The position numbers and the translations under genes are program-made. Shown in pieces: positions 40,580 through 49,907 of a DNA stretch of 64,000 nt (position 1 is its first letter; the number at the start of each line of letters is the position of its first letter). The stretch is from Thermodesulfobacteriota bacterium (GTDB lineage: Bacteria; Desulfobacterota; Binatia; Bin18), in NCBI GenBank assembly GCA_964291405.2, contig OZ219926.1:1152001-1216000 (forward strand), written 5' to 3'. Below the pieces are notes generated by a model. The model was not told the DNA's origin, made no database searches, and saw only the letters and a program-made list of their open reading frames with translations.

Positions 40580-40987
40580 CTATTCCCCCTCTTGCTCAAG
40601 CAGCGTTTCTGCCCACATAACAACTTCTTCCGCCAAGTGTATGGCGCTCTGATATTCCTCTTCGGTTATCGGCTCAACAATACCCGGATATCGTGTTTCC
40701 ACTGCATATCGAGTGAGAATGATCGCTTCTTTCACCTCTGACGGAACTTCTATCCCCTCGTCTTCAAGCCCTTTGCCCAATTCTTCCAAGTCATGAATAT
40801 ATCGAAATGGAAGTGCTCTTGATTGGTAGACCGCTTTGAGCGCCTTTTCCGCTGCTTGCTGAGCCAAAAAACACAAATCTTCCCGAAATGCTCCTTCGAC
40901 TTTCGACTGCTTAGCCAAAGCGAGATTCCCCTTAGCGCGTGCCAACCATTCCTGTGGACTACCTGGAATAGTGTTATCCCGTGGCAT
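40580..40987 (-). CDS. HEPN domain protein
   Basis: 'EWLARAKGNL', 'CFLAQQAAEKALKA', 'IHDL', 'ETRYPG'. Confidence 0.88.
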   Translation of the reverse strand: MPRDNTIPGSPQEWLARAKGNLALAKQSKVEGAFREDLCFLAQQAAEKALKAVYQSRALPFRYIHDLEELGKGLEDEGIEVPSEVKEAIILTRYAVETRYPGIVEPITEEEYQSAIHLAEEVVMWAETLLEQEGE

Positions 40988-41297
40988 GGTAGAGTTCCTT
41001 GCCCGTTTCGAGCGCCTCCTTAATAACGAGGGAAGGATTCGCGGCATGCTTTTGGATATCGCTTTCCGTAACCACCACGATATCCTTAGCGAAGCCAAGA
41101 CCCCACAGGTGGCGATATATCTCTTGAGCAGTCTTTCCACGGTGACTGCCATCGGGCATGACGATCAGAGTATCCAGATCGCTATTTGGTCCCATCTCTC
41201 CGCGGGCGGCAGAACCAAATAGGATGATCCGTAGTGGATGTACCGCATCAACGATGCGACGCACAAGTTCCTGAAGGACTCTCTGGTCGGGTTTCAT
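40974..41297 (-). CDS. Minimal nucleotidyltransferase (MNT) of a HEPN-MNT pair
   Basis: 'IILFGSAARGEMGPNSDLD', 'KDIVV'; overlaps the HEPN start. Confidence 0.9.
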   Translation of the reverse strand: MKPDQRVLQELVRRIVDAVHPLRIILFGSAARGEMGPNSDLDTLIVMPDGSHRGKTAQEIYRHLWGLGFAKDIVVVTESDIQKHAANPSLVIKEALETGKELYHATG

Positions 41298-41437
41298 GAC
41301 AGCTCTCTCACCAGATGTTTTTAGCATACCATAAGATGTCACCGACAGAAGCGGTTATTCGTCATCAGGGTCGATACGTTGACAGCGTCCCCACCACGTC
41401 ATACGACTGCTGACAGCAAAAAGGGGGCGTGAGACCT

Positions 41438-42430
41438 ATGACCGCTGTCAAACTGGACGAACCGCTATCGATTCTCGTTCTGCTCGGGTTGACCTTGCCC
41501 GAAGTGTCTGAGGGCGACCTGGCAAAGATTCAGGCTGCGGCGCCCGGCTCGACCGTCAAGGTGGCCCCTCGGGTGGGCGATGCCATCGCCATGGCCGATG
41601 ATGTCGAGGTCATCCTCGGCTTCCTGCCCGAAGCCTTGTTTCAGGCCGCCCCCCGCCTGCGCTGGGTACACGCCATCGCCTCGGGGGTGGACATGTTTCT
41701 CTACCCGGCGATGCGGGATTCCGACGTGGTGCTGACCGGCGAAAAGGGTCTGGTGGGCGGACACCTGGCGGATACCGGGTTCGGCCTGCTCCTGGCGCTC
41801 ACCCGCCAGATCGCGACCGCCATCCGCCTCGGCTCGTCCAGTTGGCAGGAGCGTGAGGCCATGCGTCGCAAAGAGATTGAGCTTGAGGGGCTGACCATGG
41901 GCATTGTCGGCTTCGGAGGGACCGGTCGGGCGATGGCTCGCCGGGCGGTGGCGTTTGGTATGCGGGTGTTAGCCCTGGACGAACAGCCCGTCCCGGCGTC
42001 GGACGGAGTGGACGCGGTGTGGGGACGGGAGCGGTTGGCCGAGTTGCTGGCGGCCTCTGACGTGGTTGCGATCTGCTGTCCGCTCACGGCCGAGACGCGC
42101 CAGATGTTCAACGCGGCAGCATTTGCCGACCTGAAGCCGGGCGCGCTGCTGGTCAACGTCACCCGAGGTGAGATCATAGACGGGGAGGCGCTGGTACAGG
42201 CGCTGCAAGATGGGCGGTGTGGCGGCGCGGCGCTCGATGTCGCCCCGGTTGAGCCCCTGCCGGCCGATCATCCCTTGTGGACGTTTGAGAACGTCGTCAT
42301 GACACCGCACACGGCCGGCGCCAGCCAACTCCGCGCCACGCGCAACCTCGACCGCTTTTGTGAGAACCTGCGCCGCGTTCAGCGGGGCGAGCCCCTTCTC
42401 GGGGTTGTCGACAAACAGCTCGGCTACTAA
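41438..42430 (+). CDS. D-2-hydroxyacid dehydrogenase
   Basis: 'GIVGFGGTG', 'CPLTAET', 'LVNVTRG', 'ALDV...EPLP', 'TPHTAG'. Confidence 0.92.
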   Translation: MTAVKLDEPLSILVLLGLTLPEVSEGDLAKIQAAAPGSTVKVAPRVGDAIAMADDVEVILGFLPEALFQAAPRLRWVHAIASGVDMFLYPAMRDSDVVLTGEKGLVGGHLADTGFGLLLALTRQIATAIRLGSSSWQEREAMRRKEIELEGLTMGIVGFGGTGRAMARRAVAFGMRVLALDEQPVPASDGVDAVWGRERLAELLAASDVVAICCPLTAETRQMFNAAAFADLKPGALLVNVTRGEIIDGEALVQALQDGRCGGAALDVAPVEPLPADHPLWTFENVVMTPHTAGASQLRATRNLDRFCENLRRVQRGEPLLGVVDKQLGY

Positions 42431-42456
42431 GGACCGTCACAGAGAAAAGGCAAAGG

Positions 42457-42610
42457 CTAGAGCAAATAACGATAACTGTGTGGCCACCCGTCATTCCTGC
42501 GAAAGCAGGAATCCAGGTCCCCGGCCCTCCGAATTCTGGATGCCGGATCAAGTCCGGCATGACGAGAGCGGACCGGCACGGCTACAACTTATCGTGAAAC
42601 GCTTCCTGAG
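42457..42610. mobile_element. Second MITE-like element related to 4520-4702 (opposite orientation), carrying REP-like hairpins
   Basis: Starts CTAGAGCAAATAACGAT (cf. reverse complement of the 4702 end, CTAGAGCAAATTACGAT); ends GGCTACAACTTATCGTGAAACGCT; internal GTCATTCCTGCGAAAGCAGGAATCCAG and GGATGCCGGATCAAGTCCGGCATGAC. Confidence 0.6.
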
Positions 42611-42637
42611 CATTTCCCTTCGATATCAGACCGGGCT

Positions 42638-43885
42638 TTACGGAGGGGTGACGGGTGCGATCTCCTTCAGCCGGGGCAGCACCTCCCTGGCGAAGAGTGT
42701 GATCCCCTTCTCGGCCTCGGCATGGGTCATGAATCCTGACCGCCCAATCATGACCAGATGACCAAAGCCGCCGACCTTGCGGTAAAAATCCATAATTTGC
42801 TGGTAGACGGTATCAGGGCTGCCCGCGAACAGGATCCCTCGCGCCATAGCTTGCACTGAATCTATGTTGGTCAGCCCTCCGACGTTGAGGATGGCCGGAG
42901 CGACAGGCTTATCTGCCTTCGCGGTCTGCGCCCCGCTGCTGTCCGCCGGCCCCTCGGCCCGAGTGTCCGGCCTGGGTGCGGTGCGGTAGATCTGGGGCGC
43001 AAAGTGTGGCGGCGTCGCCCCAGGCAGAAACCGGGCGTACTGGGGCGCCATCTTCAGACTGGTGTTAAGAAACCACAGCAGCTTGCTCCCAATCTCCACA
43101 CCCTCTTCATGGGTGTCACCGACATAGACCAAGGCCGCATACGCAAAATGGTCAGTCATGACCTTGGGCAGCCCAGCCTCCGCACGCGCCTGACGGTACG
43201 CGGCCCAGGCACGCTTGGTCCCCTCCTCGCCGCGCAGGACTAACACATTGACCATCCCCCGCCGGCCGACCTCGCTCGCCGTTTCCGGATCGCCCGTCGC
43301 CGCCCACAGCGACGGATGTGGTTGCTGCCACGGGCGCGGCCAGATGTTCACGTGCCGGTGCGTGTAGTGCTTGCCCTCCCAACTGAACGGTCCCTCCTGA
43401 AAGGTCAACGCCTTGGTGACGAGATCGATCGCCTCCCAGTAGCGCTCAATATTCGTCACCGGGTTGGCATTGTTCGACGCCATCTCACTCGCGCCTGACT
43501 TCACGAAGCCGATATCCAGACGTCCACGGGAAATGACATCCGCCGTGGCATACTCCTCTGCGACTCTGACCGGGTCTGGCCGCAGCGAGATCAAGGTCCC
43601 CATACTGAGAATGCGGACCTTACGTATCTGGCGGGCCAGGATACCCAGGACCAGCGGGTTGGCCCCAAACAGGGAATTAATTCCAGCGTGATGCTCGATG
43701 GCGACAACATTGATTCCCCGCTCGTCACACAGCATGAACTCGTCAAAGGTTTCCTCGAACAAGTCAGCAGCGATCTGTGGATCGCAATACTTATTCGGCA
43801 GGCTGGCCCGGACGGAATCTGCACGATCGAGCACGTCTGGTGGGACGAAGGGATACGGGTTCTCGTTGTGATACCAGACTTCCAT
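42638..43885 (-). CDS. LLM-class flavin-dependent oxidoreductase
   Basis: 'IEHH', 'RPDPVRVAEEYA..D.IS.GRL', 'FSWEGKHY', 'IWPRPWQQPHP'. Confidence 0.9.
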   Translation of the reverse strand: MEVWYHNENPYPFVPPDVLDRADSVRASLPNKYCDPQIAADLFEETFDEFMLCDERGINVVAIEHHAGINSLFGANPLVLGILARQIRKVRILSMGTLISLRPDPVRVAEEYATADVISRGRLDIGFVKSGASEMASNNANPVTNIERYWEAIDLVTKALTFQEGPFSWEGKHYTHRHVNIWPRPWQQPHPSLWAATGDPETASEVGRRGMVNVLVLRGEEGTKRAWAAYRQARAEAGLPKVMTDHFAYAALVYVGDTHEEGVEIGSKLLWFLNTSLKMAPQYARFLPGATPPHFAPQIYRTAPRPDTRAEGPADSSGAQTAKADKPVAPAILNVGGLTNIDSVQAMARGILFAGSPDTVYQQIMDFYRKVGGFGHLVMIGRSGFMTHAEAEKGITLFAREVLPRLKEIAPVTPP

Positions 43886-43911
43886 GGCGTGCTCCTCAGC
43901 CTCCTCTTCGC

Positions 43912-44709
43912 TCAACGCTCTTGTGCCAAGAAGGCAGCCACGCGCTCAACAAAAGCCTCGGGCTGCTCGATCTCGGGATGGTGTCCCGCCTCGACAATGA
44001 CATCAAAGCACGAGCCAGGGATCAACGCGCTGTAGGCCCGTCCGTAGGCCGGCGTTACGATCCCGTCGCTCGCCCCCCACAGCACCAGCGTCGGCCGCCT
44101 GATCCGACGCAGCCAACGCTTGAGCTGAGGGTTGTACATATAGGGATGCCAGCCGTACAGGCACAGCGCGTCCCAGTTTCGGGCGTGGACGACGATGTCG
44201 TCATCCGATAGCGCGTTAAAGTCCGGCGCCCATTTCTCGGGATCGTGCCAGCGGTTCTGCTCCACTTCCTGGGGGGAGGTATTAAAGACGTCCAGGATAT
44301 CCGGGGTCTCGCGATCGCTGATCTTGATACCAAAGGCATCCACCAGGACGAGCCGATCAATACGATGGTGACACGCAACCGCGATTTCCGCCGCCAGCCA
44401 GCCGCCAAAGGACAATCCCACGAGGCTGACCCGCTCATACGGCAGCGCTTCAAGGACGTCTAAATACAGATGGACCAAGTCGTATACGGTATCGAAGTCC
44501 GCTGGACGTTCTGAGTGGCCAAAGCCGGGGTGTGAGGGGGCTATGATCTCTGCCCGCCGGCCGAGTAGATCGAGAAAGGGCGCCTGCGGATCGACGCTGT
44601 GCAGGCCGTGCAGAAGCAGGACTGGCCGTCCCTGACCCCGGCGTATCACTTCGAGCTCAATGTCCTCGACTGACAAACGCTCTCCAGCCGGCGCCTCGAT
44701 GTCATTCAT
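43912..44709 (-). CDS. Alpha/beta hydrolase
   Basis: 'LLLHG', 'HPGFGHS', 'GLSFGG', 'WGASDG', 'AGHHP'. Confidence 0.88.
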   Translation of the reverse strand: MNDIEAPAGERLSVEDIELEVIRRGQGRPVLLLHGLHSVDPQAPFLDLLGRRAEIIAPSHPGFGHSERPADFDTVYDLVHLYLDVLEALPYERVSLVGLSFGGWLAAEIAVACHHRIDRLVLVDAFGIKISDRETPDILDVFNTSPQEVEQNRWHDPEKWAPDFNALSDDDIVVHARNWDALCLYGWHPYMYNPQLKRWLRRIRRPTLVLWGASDGIVTPAYGRAYSALIPGSCFDVIVEAGHHPEIEQPEAFVERVAAFLAQER

Positions 44710-44947
44710 CCTGACTTCCTACGGATATTCGTTCTCCGTGCTCTACTATCGCATCCCGACCGAGCACGAAAATGCGAACGGCATGCTCGTCCAAGAGACC
44801 ATAAGCGACCCGGATCGTGTTCTCAAGCGCTGTGTGGCTATTGACGATGAGGACTGCGCCGCATGACGGCTCTGCCGTACAGTCTTTTCTGTGCGGTACG
44901 CAACCGTTATAGTTCAGCCCTATACGGGGTCCCAAAAGGAGGCAGCA

Positions 44948-45961
44948 ATGAAATTCGGACTGATGCATGACTTCCGTAATCCCACGCCTTGGTTTCGACC
45001 CTATTCCGACCTCTACCGGCTCTTGCTTGACCAGTGTGTACGGGCCGATAAACTCGGCTATGACAATATCTGGTTGACTGAACACCACTTCAGCGGGGAC
45101 TATAATCCGACGCCGTTACAGGCCGCGACCGCCATTGCAGCGCGGACCGAACGTATCCGCATTGGCACGTTTGTGCTGCTACTGCCTTTCTATCATCCTG
45201 TGCGCGTGGCCGAAGACGTGGCTTTCATTGACAACCTCTCCAAGGGACGATTTGACCTCGGGGTAGGACAGGGCTATCGCGTCGACGAATTCTCCGGCTT
45301 TTGTATGTCCCGCAAAGAGCGTTCGGCCCGCCTGGCCGAGGGGCTCGACCTGATCCGACGCCTGTGGACCGAGGATACGGTCACGTTCGAAGGAAAGTTT
45401 ACCCAGATCAAAGAGGTGCATATCCAGCCCGAACCTGTGCAGCAGCCCCACCCTCCCATCTGGATTGGCGCGCGCACCGAAAAAGCCATGCAGCGAGCCG
45501 TCCGCGAGGGGTATCATCTCCACCTCACCCTCGGCCCGGACTGGGCACCCCGCTACTACGAGTTGCTGAAACAGCAGGGCCGCACGCCGGCTGACTTTTC
45601 GACCACCCAACTGCACTTCGTGTATGTGGCACCTACCGAGGACGAGGCCTGGGAGGACATTCAGGATCAGGCCCACTGGATGATGCAAGTGTATGATGGC
45701 TGGTTTAAGACCAGCGGAGATGTCGCGGGCGACGAGCGGCTGTGGGAGATCAAAGAGGCGCGAGACATTCGCCACTCGTCCTATGGACGGGCCTGGATGG
45801 TAGGCACTCCAGACCAGGTGGGGCGTAAAGTTGAGGCGTTTGTCAACACCTCATCCTGTACCCATTTAGTTATGGCTATGCAGGTCCCGGGGGTCGAGCC
45901 AGCCAAGGGCACCCGCTCGATGGAACTGTTCGCTCAGGAGATCATGCCGGCATTCCGCTAA
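44948..45961 (+). CDS. LLM-class flavin-dependent oxidoreductase
   Basis: 'GYDNIWLTEHHF', 'RIGTFVLLLPFYHPVRVAED', 'PVQQPHPPIWIG'. Confidence 0.92.
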   Translation: MKFGLMHDFRNPTPWFRPYSDLYRLLLDQCVRADKLGYDNIWLTEHHFSGDYNPTPLQAATAIAARTERIRIGTFVLLLPFYHPVRVAEDVAFIDNLSKGRFDLGVGQGYRVDEFSGFCMSRKERSARLAEGLDLIRRLWTEDTVTFEGKFTQIKEVHIQPEPVQQPHPPIWIGARTEKAMQRAVREGYHLHLTLGPDWAPRYYELLKQQGRTPADFSTTQLHFVYVAPTEDEAWEDIQDQAHWMMQVYDGWFKTSGDVAGDERLWEIKEARDIRHSSYGRAWMVGTPDQVGRKVEAFVNTSSCTHLVMAMQVPGVEPAKGTRSMELFAQEIMPAFR

Positions 45962-46008
45962 GGGCAATATTCCCTGGCGCAAGCCAAAGACGCGGAATGT
46001 TGATCCGG

Positions 46009-47286
46009 TTAGGCGGCGGCAGTGCGCAGTCGGGCCGCTCGTCTGACCTGTGGTTCCTTATGGAACGCACCGTCCTTCATGATCATGAGGAGATTGTCCG
46101 GGTCCTGGAGCAGGCTGATATCCTCGACGGGATTGCCATCGACTAGGATCAGATCGGCCAGATAGCCCTCTTTGATCATTCCAAGCTGGTCACCGAAACA
46201 CTCACCACCGGACTTGGTCGCCATCATGAGCGTTTCAGCTGGGCTGAATCCCATCAGATTCACAAAGTGTTCGAGGTCCCGAGCATCCTTACCGATCCGG
46301 TTCCAGGCAAAGCCATAGTCGCCAAACGGCAAGACGCGCACCCCGCGTCTGTGGAGTTCTTGCGTGGTGTGTATGGCGCTTTCCAGTTCGTGCTCAAAGC
46401 CCCACGCTTCGGCCATAGCCCGAGTGACACCGTACTCTTCCATCTGGTTCAGCGTGGCATAACTGAGGCCGATGGCTGGATTGACGAAGTACTCGTCCTT
46501 GTTGGCTTCGAGTAAGTCGAGCGCTTCTTCGTCGCAAAAATTCGCGTGGTAGATGAGTGTGATGCCGTGCCGGATGCACATTTTGACAGATTCAGCCGTA
46601 CGCGCATGCGCGACCACGCGCCGGTTGTGCGCGTGCGCCAGACTACAGCATGCCGCCACTTCGTCCTCCTGCATCACTGTCATTTGCGCGGTACCGGTTC
46701 GCACGAAGTTGTCCCCCGAAATCATGAGTTTAATAACGTCGACGCCCTCGCGGATCATCAGCCGGGTGTATTTCCGGATCTCTTCGGGACCGTCGAGGAC
46801 CTCCGCGAAACCTTCATGGTACATATGCAGCTGCCTCAAGTCGCCCAGCCCGCCGGTCACGGTGAGTTCTGGCGTGGCAGCTTGCATGCGTGGCCCCGGG
46901 ATCTTGCCGGCATTAATCTCATTACGGATAACAATATCGAGTCTCGCCTTGGCAGAAGAGCCGTTCACCAGGGCGGTGAAACCGTGATCGAGCATGGTCT
47001 TCACGTTGTGCATGGTGATGAGCACATGCTCCTCCACGGGGATTTCGCCGGTCTCGTAGAGGTCCGCTCCCATGTTGGGATAGGTCGGGTGCCCGTGACA
47101 GTTGACCAAGCCTGGCATCAGTGTGGCGCCGTCACCGTTGACTACGGTGGCGCCGTCCCGAGCCATGGTGTGAGCACCGGCAGCGATAGTCTTGATACGC
47201 GTATCCTGGACGAGGACCTCACCCAAGTACGGCGCACTCCCACTTCCGTCGAGAATCATCACGTTGGTGAATACAGTATCCGACAT
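46009..47286 (-). CDS. Metal-dependent amidohydrolase (prolidase-like)
   Basis: 'LMPGLVNCHGH', 'GVDVIKL', 'VVAHAR', 'IYHA', 'GDYGF', 'ADLILVDGNP'. Confidence 0.88.
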   Translation of the reverse strand: MSDTVFTNVMILDGSGSAPYLGEVLVQDTRIKTIAAGAHTMARDGATVVNGDGATLMPGLVNCHGHPTYPNMGADLYETGEIPVEEHVLITMHNVKTMLDHGFTALVNGSSAKARLDIVIRNEINAGKIPGPRMQAATPELTVTGGLGDLRQLHMYHEGFAEVLDGPEEIRKYTRLMIREGVDVIKLMISGDNFVRTGTAQMTVMQEDEVAACCSLAHAHNRRVVAHARTAESVKMCIRHGITLIYHANFCDEEALDLLEANKDEYFVNPAIGLSYATLNQMEEYGVTRAMAEAWGFEHELESAIHTTQELHRRGVRVLPFGDYGFAWNRIGKDARDLEHFVNLMGFSPAETLMMATKSGGECFGDQLGMIKEGYLADLILVDGNPVEDISLLQDPDNLLMIMKDGAFHKEPQVRRAARLRTAAA

Positions 47287-47490
47287 GGGCCTGCCCTCCT
47301 TCATGGTCGCCTTGGGTCACCAGACCAACTATCAACTCTGCGCCATTATGCCATGGAGGCGTGCGTTCCAGAAGATGAAGGATTGAGGATCTTTACTTTA
47401 CTCGCGAATGGCTTCTTCTCGCTTGCCGGCTTGACAAACCCTTTCCAATGGCAGGACAATCCCGAATACGAAGACTCAAAGGAGGTCATT

Positions 47491-47949
47491 ATGCTCGGAG
47501 CTGTCGCACATGTAGGGATTACCGTCCCAGATATGGAGAAAGCCATTGCCTTCTACCAGGATGTATTGGGGCTGACGGTGATAGGTGATTATAGCATCGA
47601 GGGGGAAGAGATCAGCGATCTGGTCCAAGAGCCCGGCACCAAAGTACGCTCGGTATTCCTGCGCAACGAAGACGACCGCCACAGCGCCCCGGTTGAACTG
47701 CTCCACTTTAGTGAATCTGCGGAGCAGGGCGGCCAGCCGTATGCGGGCGTCACCCACAACGGGATTACGGAGATTGCCTTTTGGGTGAAAGACATTGAAA
47801 AGACCTATGAGGCGCTCCGGAACCAGGGCGTGGAGTTTTACTCGCGGCCCCACACCTTTACCCTCGACAACTATGGCACGGCGAAGGCGGTGTATTGCAA
47901 GGATCCGTTCGGTACGACCCTCGAACTGATGCAGATGGTCAAGGAGTAG
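47491..47949 (+). CDS. VOC/glyoxalase family protein
   Basis: AAGGAGG RBS; 'HVGITVPDMEKAIAFYQDVLG', 'VELL', 'KDPFGTTLELMQ'. Confidence 0.88.
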   Translation: MLGAVAHVGITVPDMEKAIAFYQDVLGLTVIGDYSIEGEEISDLVQEPGTKVRSVFLRNEDDRHSAPVELLHFSESAEQGGQPYAGVTHNGITEIAFWVKDIEKTYEALRNQGVEFYSRPHTFTLDNYGTAKAVYCKDPFGTTLELMQMVKE

Positions 47950-48065
47950 CAGCAATAAGTCGGATTAGAGGTCAGGTCCTGAACCGACCCCCTGGCGTGA
48001 CTACAGCGATTTCCACCTGGGTTCACTACGCTTTTTCTCTCACCCCAGTCACCTCGCTCCTGTTT

Positions 48066-48087
48066 CCCTCTCCCCGCGGGGAGAGGG
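48066..48087. repeat. Perfect 22-bp palindrome (REP-like), intergenic
   Basis: CCCTCTCCCCGCGGGGAGAGGG; same family as the hsdM insertion. Confidence 0.7.
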
Positions 48088-48277
48088 TTCTTCCTGATTG
48101 CCTCTCTCTACAAACGCAACGCTGCATTGCTTGAGGACTAGGGGTCAGGTCTTGCATTTGCCCCCTCGCGAGAAACGACACCCCCAGAAGATTGGGCTGC
48201 ATTGATCAAACACAGAGCTGACCCTGTAGAATGCGGGAGATACTGCCACCCTTAAAGGAAGCGTGCGGAGGGACACG

Positions 48278-48460
48278 ATGAACCACCGACAAATCGTTGA
48301 GGCAAAGCTTTTAGAAGTGGGGATCAAACTCAGTAACGATGACCTTGAGCAGCTCACTACGGCCTATGCAGCGTTGCTCGAATGGGAATCTGTCGTGCAG
48401 GGCATGGTGCGACCGGAGACAGAACCCGCCTTGACCTTTAAGGCAGCAGTGGAGGATTAA
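48278..48460 (+). CDS. Small amidase-associated protein (GatC/AtzG-like position)
   Basis: 60 aa, 3 bp upstream of the amidase, C-terminal 'EPALTF'. Confidence 0.55.
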   Translation: MNHRQIVEAKLLEVGIKLSNDDLEQLTTAYAALLEWESVVQGMVRPETEPALTFKAAVED

Positions 48461-48463
48461 ACG

Positions 48464-49864
48464 ATGGCACGCTCAAGCTCCGAATTCGCTTACATGTCGC
48501 TCGCAGAGGCCGCTGACCTCATCAAGAACGGTGAACTGTCCCCGGTTGAACTGACCCAAGCCATGGTGGAACGCATTGCCGCGCTCGACTCGCAGGTCCA
48601 CGCCTACGTCACAGTCTTTGCCGAAGAGGCGCTGGCTGCCGCTCAGGAGGCAGAAGAGCAAATCCGGGCTGGAGACTATCGAGGCCCGTTGCACGGCATT
48701 CCTCTGGCCGTCAAAGACATCTATGAAGCAGGTCGGACGACCGGAGGCTCAAAGTTACGCCGGGATTATACGGCTCAGCAGGACTGCACCTCCGTTGCGA
48801 AACTCAAGCAGGCCGGTGGGCTACTGCTCGGGAAGCTGGCAACCTACGAATTTGCCGCAGGAACGCCAACCCTGGCTTCGCATTTCCAGCCGGCCCGTAA
48901 CCCCTGGAACCTTGAGATTGACCCAGGCGGATCGAGTAGCGGTTCAGGAGCGTCCTTAGCCGCCGGAATGATTTTCGGTGCCATGGGGAGTGATACGGGC
49001 GGCTCCATCCGCTGGCCTGCTTTCTGCTGTGGTATTGTCGGTATGAAGGCCACGTACGGCCGGGTGAGCCGCACGGGCGTTTTCCCCCTGTCATGGAATC
49101 TCGACCACACGGGGCCCATGACTCGAACCGTTCAGGATAGTGCCCTCATGCTCCAGGCTTGCGCTGGCTACGACCCCCTCGATCCGGCGTCTGCTAAGGT
49201 GCCGGTTCCCGATTTTAGTGAAAAGTTGGGCCGCGATATCAAAGGCCTGCGTCTCGGCATTCCGCGCACACTCTTCCAAGACAACTGCGGGGAGGAAATC
49301 CTCGCCACGTTTAATACGGCCGTGACACAAATGGAAACGCTTGGGGCTGAAATCGTCGACGTGGAATCAATCACACTTGGCGAACTGCAAGCAACATTCT
49401 GGCCGCTCCTCTGTGCCGATGCTGCTGCGTATCATCTGGCAGACATGCAGACTCAGGCCGAAGACTACAACCAGGATCTGCGTCTCATCCTTGCGCTGGG
49501 CAATCTCGTGCGAGGGACGACCTATCTGCAATGTCAGAGAGTCCGGGAGCAAATCCGTACTCAGCTGCTGCAGCAATTGGAGACCGTTGACCTGTTCATG
49601 CTCCCTACTACTGGAGTGATGCCCGCTCCGATCCGGTCGGAGTCGCCCGGCCTGTATCTGATGGCCAAAGACTTCGCGATTTACACGCCGTTGTTCAACC
49701 TGACAGGCTTCCCCGCGCTTGCGCTCCCCTGCGGCTTCAGTAGTGCCGGGCTGCCCATTGGCTTCCAGCTCGCAGGTCGGCCGTTTGATGAGGCGACGGT
49801 TTTTCAGGCCGGGTATATCTACGAACAGTCAACACCGTGGCACACCCAGCATCCGTCGCTCTAA
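48464..49864 (+). CDS. Amidase signature family enzyme
   Basis: 'GPLHGIPLAVKD', 'GGSSSGS', 'GSDTGGSIRWPA', 'GLPIGFQL'. Confidence 0.92.
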   Translation: MARSSSEFAYMSLAEAADLIKNGELSPVELTQAMVERIAALDSQVHAYVTVFAEEALAAAQEAEEQIRAGDYRGPLHGIPLAVKDIYEAGRTTGGSKLRRDYTAQQDCTSVAKLKQAGGLLLGKLATYEFAAGTPTLASHFQPARNPWNLEIDPGGSSSGSGASLAAGMIFGAMGSDTGGSIRWPAFCCGIVGMKATYGRVSRTGVFPLSWNLDHTGPMTRTVQDSALMLQACAGYDPLDPASAKVPVPDFSEKLGRDIKGLRLGIPRTLFQDNCGEEILATFNTAVTQMETLGAEIVDVESITLGELQATFWPLLCADAAAYHLADMQTQAEDYNQDLRLILALGNLVRGTTYLQCQRVREQIRTQLLQQLETVDLFMLPTTGVMPAPIRSESPGLYLMAKDFAIYTPLFNLTGFPALALPCGFSSAGLPIGFQLAGRPFDEATVFQAGYIYEQSTPWHTQHPSL

Positions 49865-49907
49865 ACGAACACAAGATTCGCCCCTATGAACAGAGTCGCA
49901 CATTGCT

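Noticed and set aside
46546-47490. N-terminal 315 aa of the 467-aa ORF
   Set aside because: Antisense to the amidohydrolase; the real VOC gene starts at 47491 after AAGGAGG.
48464-49864. gatA of Glu-tRNA amidotransferase
   Set aside because: No gatB adjacent and the context is catabolic; called generic amidase.
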